From NCBI GenBank assembly GCA_038060895.1, contig JBBTCT010000046.1:1-13307 (forward strand): a DNA stretch of 13,307 nt, given 5' to 3'. Under the pieces are notes generated by a model that made no database searches, was not told the origin of the DNA, and was given only the letters and a program-made list of their open reading frames with translations. The translations under genes and the position numbers were made by a program. Position 1 is the stretch's first letter, and every line of letters starts with the position of its first letter. This DNA is from Planctomycetota bacterium. Its GTDB lineage: Bacteria; Planctomycetota; MHYJ01; WSZJ01. This document shows positions 7,476 through 13,307 of this stretch, piece after piece.

Positions 7476-8104
7476 CGCAGTTGCCTGAAAATGACCTGCC
7501 GACCCTTCCAGGGATACTCGAACGCGCGCTGCGACCTCGCCCGCCATCCGGTTCCCTCCAGCGCAGAAATAAGATCATCCACGCGCTTCCAGTAGAAACT
7601 CTCGTAGCTCCCCGGCTCCTCGCCTTCTTCCGATCCGGCGACGGCTTCCACGATGAACAGCCCGCCGGTCACGAGCACGAGCGCGATCTCCTCCGTCAGC
7701 ACGCCGAGATCGGCCGCATGGTCCAGCGAATTCGAATAGACGGCATCAAAGGAACCGCGGCGAAAGGGAAGCCGGTGAAAATCAGCCGGGAGGACCTCTG
7801 CGTTTTTCGCGCCCGGATTCAGGTCAATCCCGATGGCGCGGGCGCCGGCGTCCCGGAATGCACGGACTTCCGCTCCTCTACGGGCTCCAAGGCACAGGAC
7901 CCGCAATCCCCGGACCTCGGGCAACCGCTTCGCCAGCGCGGCCTGGAACTCGCGCTCGTAAGCGTCAATTCCCTTGGTCCTGGCCAGCTTCGCCTTCTGG
8001 TGCGCCACGTACGCCGCATAATCGGGGTACTGTCGCCGGGACAAGGCGCCCTCCGTGGACCACGGCAGGTCCTTGGGTCTGTCCTTCCGGCGGAAGAGAC
8101 GCAT
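7472..8104 (-). CDS. Class I SAM-dependent methyltransferase (Methyltransf_11-like), ~210 aa
   Basis: Motif I VLCLGARRGAE, motif II AIGIDL, ADFHRLPF, SFDAVYSNSLDH and EIALVLVTGG. ATG 8104 was chosen because the longer ORF overlaps the divergent SPOUT gene. The start is uncertain (ATG 8173 is also in frame). Confidence 0.85.
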   Translation of the reverse strand: MRLFRRKDRPKDLPWSTEGALSRRQYPDYAAYVAHQKAKLARTKGIDAYEREFQAALAKRLPEVRGLRVLCLGARRGAEVRAFRDAGARAIGIDLNPGAKNAEVLPADFHRLPFRRGSFDAVYSNSLDHAADLGVLTEEIALVLVTGGLFIVEAVAGSEEGEEPGSYESFYWKRVDDLISALEGTGWRARSQRAFEYPWKGRQVIFRQLR

Positions 8105-8191
8105 CCGCAGATTTTGTCCGAACCCGCCGCGCAGGCCAGCGATTCCGTTCTCGACCTCGCAATTCGCAACCATCGAGTACCGTCTTCGCCC

Positions 8192-8941
8192 ATGGAACAC
8201 CTCGAAGGCTGGCTGCAGGTCAGCGCGGCGCTGCGCGCCCGCCGCCGCCGCTTCCAGGTCGTCCTCGTGGCCGACAATTCCCGAAGCGAAGGAATCGCGC
8301 AGGCGGTGGCCGACGCGGAAATGGTCGGGGTGCCGGTGAAGCGGGCGCCGGCCACGGATCTGGATGCCATGGCGCACGGGCGGACGCACGGCGGAGTCAT
8401 CGCGGTGTGTTCCGCGCGTCCGCCGTCGCCGTGGGAAGAGATGGAAGCGATGGTCTCAAAAAAAACATCGGTCTTGATCCTCCTCATCGAGGGAGTCGAG
8501 GACGCCCGCAATCTCGGGTTTACCCTCCGCTCCGCCGACGCCCTGGGCGTCGATGCGGTGCTGCTGAAAAAACACGTCTGGGATTTCGACCCCGTCGAGG
8601 TCTCGCGGGCGGCCAGCGGCGCCTGGGACTCCCTTCCGCTCTTCCGGGTCGAACGCGCCGCCGAGGAAATCGACGCGCTGCGCAAGGCCGGCGTCCTGTT
8701 CTGGGGGTGCGTCCCCAACTCCCGTCGCGCCGCGTGGGACGCCGATCTCCGGAAAAAATGCTGCCTCGCGATCGGAGGCGAGAAGCGGGGACTTTCGGCC
8801 GTCGTGCGAGAACGATGCGACGGATTTCTCACGATTCCCATGCGCGCGGGCGCAACCTCGCTCTCTCTCAGCCATGCGGCCGCCGTCCTGCTCGGCGAAG
8901 CGTCCAGGCAGCGGGGAATCGCCCCTTCGCTTCGGGACTAG
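8192..8941 (+). CDS. TrmH/SpoU-family (RlmB-like) SPOUT RNA 2'-O-methyltransferase, 249 aa
   Basis: N-terminal substrate-binding domain (EGWLQVSAAL...THGGVIA) plus SPOUT motifs EGVEDARNLGFTLRSADALG, IGGEKRGLS and IPM...SLSLSHA. The ORF-track portion 7322-8191 overlaps other genes and is excluded. Confidence 0.9.
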   Translation: MEHLEGWLQVSAALRARRRRFQVVLVADNSRSEGIAQAVADAEMVGVPVKRAPATDLDAMAHGRTHGGVIAVCSARPPSPWEEMEAMVSKKTSVLILLIEGVEDARNLGFTLRSADALGVDAVLLKKHVWDFDPVEVSRAASGAWDSLPLFRVERAAEEIDALRKAGVLFWGCVPNSRRAAWDADLRKKCCLAIGGEKRGLSAVVRERCDGFLTIPMRAGATSLSLSHAAAVLLGEASRQRGIAPSLRD

Positions 8942-11900
8942 TCGCTCAGCCGGCGGACTTCTTCCTCAATCTTCTTTTCGACGCCGAGACGGCGGCGATT
9001 GAAGGCCGAGAGAGAATTCGCCTGGGCCAGTGCGACGCGCGCGGCCTGGCGCGCTTCATCCCGCCGCCCCAGGGACTCTTCGGCGCGCGCCAGGTGGGCC
9101 TGCAGCAGGAACCGGTCGAACGCGTCTTCCTCGGGCCGGTCGGCGAAGGGGAGAACTTCGACCACCAGGTTGCGTGCTTCCTCGCCGCGGCCCAGCGAAA
9201 CCAGGGCGGCGGCGGCACAGGACGCGAGTCCGGGAAGATCGCGAGTGAGCTTGAAGGATCGCGCGATGGCCAGACCCTCTTCCGCTTCGGCAAGCGCCTC
9301 GGCATGCCGCTTCAATTCGCCCAGAAGAGAAGACCTCGTTGAGAGCGCGGACATGCTGGCGTGCGGAGAGCCGAGTGTTCGCGCGATCTCGACCGCGTCG
9401 GTGGCGTAGGCCAGGGCCTGATCCAGGTGACCCTGGTCTCCACTGAGCGCGGCCAGGTTTCCGAGCGTCAGCGTGATCTGCTGCCGGTTGCCGACGAAAC
9501 GGTACGCTTCGAGGGCGCGCAGGAAACACGCGCGCGCGGCTGCCGGGTCACCCTTTTCGTAGAGGATGATTCCGCGGTTGGCCGCGACGGAGCCGGCATC
9601 GCCGAGGTTCCCTGAGTCCTGGAAAATCTTCTCCGCCTCGTCGTAGACGGCCAGCGCCTCTTCCAGCTCGTTGCGCTGCCGGTGAACCGTTCCGTAATTC
9701 GTGAGGTGGCGGGCCAGGGCGAGAGGATTCCCGACCTGCCGCGAAATCCGGACCGCCTCGCCGAAATCTGCAGCCTGGGCGTTGAGGTCCCGCAACTCGT
9801 GAAACAGAGTGCCGCGCATGCCGACGGCGGTCGCCAGCCCGATCAGGTCGTTCGATTGCCGGCAGATCGCTTCGCCCTCGTCGTAGAGCCGGCGTGAAGC
9901 GGCCATGTCTCCGGCGACCGTCAGCACACGGGCGAGCCAGACTTTCGTGCGCGCCACGAGCAGCGGAGTTCCTTCGGCTTCTGCTTCCGCAAGCCCCAGC
10001 TCGGCCGCCTCGCGTGCGGATGCCATGTTTCCGAGGTAGAAATCGGCGCGCGAGGCGTTGCCGTAGAGGCGGCACCGCAGCGCCGACGGCGCGGGAAGTC
10101 CCTTCAGCGAAGTCGCGCACGCGGGCGGGACTTCGAGGTACAGGCCGCGGGTGATGGCAACCTCGGACCACGCGAGCAATGCGCGTCCACCCGCCTCGCG
10201 ATCCTCGGCCGTCCCGCTCGATGCGCTCCACTCTGCCGCCGCGAGGAGGTTCTCCTCGTCCAGTGACAACCGTTTCAGTGCCTCAAGGCCCTCGGGGCCC
10301 GTCAGTTTCTGCCAGCAGGAGTCCCCATACGCCCCGAAATGCCTCGCGTGGCGGCGGGGAAGACCGCTCACCGCCTCCGTCCTGTCGCCGGCCGCCTTCG
10401 ACTCACCGAATTCGCGAACGGGAGCGAACATGCCGAAGCGCGTGCCGAACGGCGTGTCCCAGGATCGGACCAGGCTGCGGTCGCGAAGCGCCTGGATGGC
10501 GTCGATGGCGAGCGGCGCTTCGTCGAAGGCCGAAAGGTCCACGACGGCCTCCGCCGCTTCCAGAAAGAAACCACCACGGAACGCGCACGCCTGGCGAAAG
10601 GCGCTTCTCTCCCACTCTGACAGTTCGCTGTATGTCCAGTCGAGGGCGCCGGTCAGTGTCTGCCGGCGTATGGCGGATCCGCTCGCGCTGTGTTCGATGG
10701 ACCCGATGCGCAGGCGAAGCTGTTCGACGATTCGTTCGGGAGTGGCGTCGCGAAGCCGGGCGGCGGCAAGTTCGAGGGCAAGCGGGATGCCTTCGAGGCG
10801 GGCGCAAATCTCGCAGACTGCCGAGGCGTTTTCGGCGCTGAGCGTGAACGAAGGGGAGTGCTCGGCGACGCGGGCGAGGAACAGACGGACGGCATCGAAC
10901 CCGGCGAGCTGGGCGGTTCCCTCGCGTCTTGTGCCATCCCGCTGCGGTTTCGGGGGGGCCGGAAGGGAACCGAGGGCGAGCTCGCGTTCGCCCGAGAGGT
11001 GCAGAAGCGCGCGCGATGTGACGAGGAACCGCGCGTCGCGGGCGCTTCGCATCCAGGTCCCGATGGTGGCCGACGCATGCGAAACCGCGGACTCGAAGGC
11101 GTCGAGGATCAGCAGAAGCGGCTTCCGAAATTCCAGGGCGGCCGCGAGGGCACGGGGCGCGTCGTCCCGTCCGCCGAGCTGGATCCCGAGCGCCGCGGCG
11201 GCGGCGCGAGCGACGTCGGACGCGGTGCGCGCTTCAGAAACGTCCGCGATCCAGACACCGCCCGCGAATTTCGGAAGGAGGGCCAGGGCCGCCCGGCGGG
11301 CGAGCCGCGATTTTCCGATCCCGCCCGGCCCCGTGAGCGTCACCAGCCGCCCGGCGGGCGTGGGGAGCAGCGCCTGGACTTCGCGCAGCTCCGCTTCCCG
11401 TCCCACAAAGGCGTTGGACTCCCTGGGGATGTTGGTGAGGAGGGCGCTTTCCGTGCGAGGCGGCGGGAACCTGCGGGAAGCGAGGGCGGAAGGGAGGACC
11501 TGGTAGAGGCGGATTTTCGCGCTGCCCGCGGTGAGGCGATGTTCGCCCATGTCGGACACGACGGACTCTGCGGGCGAAGGGTGGGCCGCTTCGATGGCCT
11601 CCGCGGTGGCGAGGGCCTGGCCTCCATGGGCCGCCGCGGACACGGCGGCTGCCAGCGCGGGAACTCCCCCGGAATACCACGGGGCGGCGCCCGCCTCAGG
11701 GTCCGCAGGCCCCGCATGAACTCCAATCCGGACGAGCAACTCGCCGGAATCTTCGGGCCAGGGGTGACGGTGGAGCCGGAGCAGGGTCTCCGTCGCAAAG
11801 CGGATGGCCGACGAGGCATCGGGGAACGCCGCCGCGAACGAATCTCCCTCGGTGCGCACGACGCTCCCGCCGTGCCCGGCGATCGCCTCACGAATGATCC

Positions 11901-12000
11901 TGTTGTGATCAGCAAGCAGAGGCGCGAATGCCGGCCCGAGCCGTTCCCACAGCGCGGTGGAACCCTGGATGTCCGTCACGGCGAAAGCTCTCTGCGTCAT
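8938..12000 (-). CDS. Degenerate class III cyclase-like domain - STAND (NB-ARC-like, Rv0386/AfsR-type) ATPase - TPR protein, 1020 aa
   Basis: TDIQGSTALW, TEGDSF, VRIGVHAG and AAHGGQ mark the cyclase fold. The NTPase module has NIP...FVGREAEL, Walker A GPGGIGKS, Walker B LLLILD, LVTSR, AVRLFLAR, ICARLEGIPLALELAAAR and RQTLTGALDWTY. About 400 aa of TPR repeats follow. Confidence 0.92.
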   Translation of the reverse strand: MTQRAFAVTDIQGSTALWERLGPAFAPLLADHNRIIREAIAGHGGSVVRTEGDSFAAAFPDASSAIRFATETLLRLHRHPWPEDSGELLVRIGVHAGPADPEAGAAPWYSGGVPALAAAVSAAAHGGQALATAEAIEAAHPSPAESVVSDMGEHRLTAGSAKIRLYQVLPSALASRRFPPPRTESALLTNIPRESNAFVGREAELREVQALLPTPAGRLVTLTGPGGIGKSRLARRAALALLPKFAGGVWIADVSEARTASDVARAAAAALGIQLGGRDDAPRALAAALEFRKPLLLILDAFESAVSHASATIGTWMRSARDARFLVTSRALLHLSGERELALGSLPAPPKPQRDGTRREGTAQLAGFDAVRLFLARVAEHSPSFTLSAENASAVCEICARLEGIPLALELAAARLRDATPERIVEQLRLRIGSIEHSASGSAIRRQTLTGALDWTYSELSEWERSAFRQACAFRGGFFLEAAEAVVDLSAFDEAPLAIDAIQALRDRSLVRSWDTPFGTRFGMFAPVREFGESKAAGDRTEAVSGLPRRHARHFGAYGDSCWQKLTGPEGLEALKRLSLDEENLLAAAEWSASSGTAEDREAGGRALLAWSEVAITRGLYLEVPPACATSLKGLPAPSALRCRLYGNASRADFYLGNMASAREAAELGLAEAEAEGTPLLVARTKVWLARVLTVAGDMAASRRLYDEGEAICRQSNDLIGLATAVGMRGTLFHELRDLNAQAADFGEAVRISRQVGNPLALARHLTNYGTVHRQRNELEEALAVYDEAEKIFQDSGNLGDAGSVAANRGIILYEKGDPAAARACFLRALEAYRFVGNRQQITLTLGNLAALSGDQGHLDQALAYATDAVEIARTLGSPHASMSALSTRSSLLGELKRHAEALAEAEEGLAIARSFKLTRDLPGLASCAAAALVSLGRGEEARNLVVEVLPFADRPEEDAFDRFLLQAHLARAEESLGRRDEARQAARVALAQANSLSAFNRRRLGVEKKIEEEVRRLSD

Positions 12001-12033
12001 CGCGCAAGAGCGTCGCCGCGCGCCGCGACCCGG

Positions 12034-13305
12034 TCAAGGCCCCGGAAGCAGTCCCGTCTCTGCGATTTTGCCCAGCCGCCTCGCGGACTCGGCGACGCCG
12101 GCATCCTTGCTGGACTCCAGGCCCAGCGCCCTGGACGTTTCGGTCGCTTCGCGGGCCGCCGCGAGCGCCGCGTCCGCGCGCCCCGCGCGCGCCTCGGTAT
12201 CGAAGAGCGCTTTCAGGATGTTGAAGGCCCGCATGGTTCGAAGCGCTCCCTGCTTTCGCAGGGATTCCGTGGCCTCCTGAAGCGCCGCCCGCGCTTCGTC
12301 GGTCCTGCCGAGCTGCATGTGAGTCATCCCTGCGTTTCCCAGGTTCAACGCATAACTACCCTGCAGCCCCAGTCTTCGCGCCTCCGCCGCCGCGGCGATG
12401 AACGTCGCCAGGGCCTCTTCAAGCCGGCCGGAGTCATGCTGCACGGTTCCGATATTCCCCATGGCGAGCATGATCGAAGCGCCGTCGCCGCTTTCCCTCG
12501 CCAGCTTCAGGGCCTCGTCATAAAGGGCCGAACACTCGGCCAGGCGTTTCTGCCCACGGCGAACCCTTGCCAGCGACGTGAGATGCATGAAGACCGGAAG
12601 CTTCAGTCCGGCTTCGCGATGCACGGCCAGCGCTTCCTCGATCAGCGGTTCCGCCTGCTCCCAGTCGCCGAGGTCCAGGTGCGTTCCGCCGCGCATTCCG
12701 GCCAGCTTCGCCGCGTTCAGCCGTGACCCGGCCGCTCCCAGTCGTTTCTCCGCCTCATCGAAGCACGCGAACGCGCCCGACGAGTCGCCCAGCATGTGCA
12801 GGGTCGTGCCGAGGTTGGCCGCGCACCGGGCGATCGCAGGGTCGTCCCCCAGATCCCTCGCGATCCGAAGAGCCTCGTCGAGAAGTCGGCGGGCGTCGGA
12901 GAGATGACCGCGCGCCCTTTCGACGGAAGCGGCGACATCGAGGGCGCGAGTGACGCCGAGCTTGTCGCCAAGGGCATGGAAGCGTTCGCGCGCGACGATG
13001 GCCTGGGCGGCGCCACGGTCGAGGTCGCCGCCGGAGAGCTGCGCTCTTGCGACGGACAGTGCAGCGCGTGCCGCGACGCCCGCGTCGTCCGACCGCGCTG
13101 CCGCGGCCGCGCCGCGATCCGCCGCCTGCCCCGCTTCGAGCGCGCGTCCTGCGCTCATGAGGGCATCGGCGAGGGACATTTCGAGATCGGCCTCAATGGC
13201 GGCGTTTCCGGTCGGCACCGTTCGGAACGCGAGGAGGCGGGCGAGGCGCTGGTCGTACGGGCCTCGCCAGGCCAGGAGAGGCTCCAGCGCGAGCGTGGCG
13301 CGCGC
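12034..13305 (-). CDS. TPR repeat protein, 5'-truncated; probably the C-terminal part of a second STAND-TPR protein
   Basis: The frame stays open beyond 13218 to the window edge (ARATLALEPLLAWRGPYDQRLARLL...). It has ~40-aa helical repeats such as AANLGTTLHMLGD and MGNIGTVQHDSGRLEEAL. It ends 33 nt upstream of the co-directional 8938..12000 gene. Confidence 0.85.
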   Translation of the reverse strand, partial: ARATLALEPLLAWRGPYDQRLARLLAFRTVPTGNAAIEADLEMSLADALMSAGRALEAGQAADRGAAAAARSDDAGVAARAALSVARAQLSGGDLDRGAAQAIVARERFHALGDKLGVTRALDVAASVERARGHLSDARRLLDEALRIARDLGDDPAIARCAANLGTTLHMLGDSSGAFACFDEAEKRLGAAGSRLNAAKLAGMRGGTHLDLGDWEQAEPLIEEALAVHREAGLKLPVFMHLTSLARVRRGQKRLAECSALYDEALKLARESGDGASIMLAMGNIGTVQHDSGRLEEALATFIAAAAEARRLGLQGSYALNLGNAGMTHMQLGRTDEARAALQEATESLRKQGALRTMRAFNILKALFDTEARAGRADAALAAAREATETSRALGLESSKDAGVAESARRLGKIAETGLLPGP

Positions 13306-13307
13306 CG

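Noticed and set aside
7322-8191. Apparent 290-aa N-terminal extension of the SPOUT methyltransferase, suggesting a novel fusion
   Set aside because: It overlaps the aminotransferase end and the whole antisense methyltransferase. The protein from 8192 has normal RlmB-like length.
8192-8941. Gene symbol rlmB
   Set aside because: The family is clear, but motif 3 is divergent (SLSLSHA instead of SLNVSVA) and orthology cannot be established by eye.
7858-9342. 494-aa plus-strand ORF
   Set aside because: It is an alternative frame over three real genes, with low-complexity Arg/Gly/Pro composition.
12012-12029. Short stem GTCGC...GCGAC between the two STAND-TPR genes
   Set aside because: The stem is only 5 bp with no real U-tract, which is too weak to call a terminator.
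10151-12726. Long plus-strand ORFs 10151..11506 and 10690..12726
   Set aside because: They are antisense to well-supported STAND/TPR genes, with Arg/Gly/Ser/Ala-rich translations and no domain signal.
1-13307. CRISPR array, tRNA/rRNA, transposase or integrase
   Set aside because: The window is almost entirely protein-coding, the largest gaps are about 110 and 90 nt, and I saw no spaced repeats or recombinase motifs.

Overview
This is a very GC-rich, gene-dense bacterial window with eight protein-coding genes, two of them truncated at the edges. I found no RNA genes, CRISPR arrays or mobile elements. Gene order: partial CAP/SCP-domain protein (+); an apparent two-gene operon on the minus strand, with a class III adenylate cyclase-STAND ATPase-TPR protein followed by a nicotinamidase/isochorismatase-fold + APH-like kinase fusion; a divergent fold-type I PLP enzyme (+); a class I SAM methyltransferase (-); a divergent TrmH/RlmB-like SPOUT methyltransferase (+); and two tandem STAND-TPR-like genes (-), the complete one carrying a degenerate cyclase domain. 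The strongest lead is the hydrolase-kinase fusion. Its PncA-type metal site is intact, but Cys occupies the catalytic Asp position and Lys occupies the nucleophile Cys position. It is coupled to an intact NLR-like cyclase, with a pseudo-cyclase STAND nearby. All family calls come from motif recognition by eye, and no searches were run.
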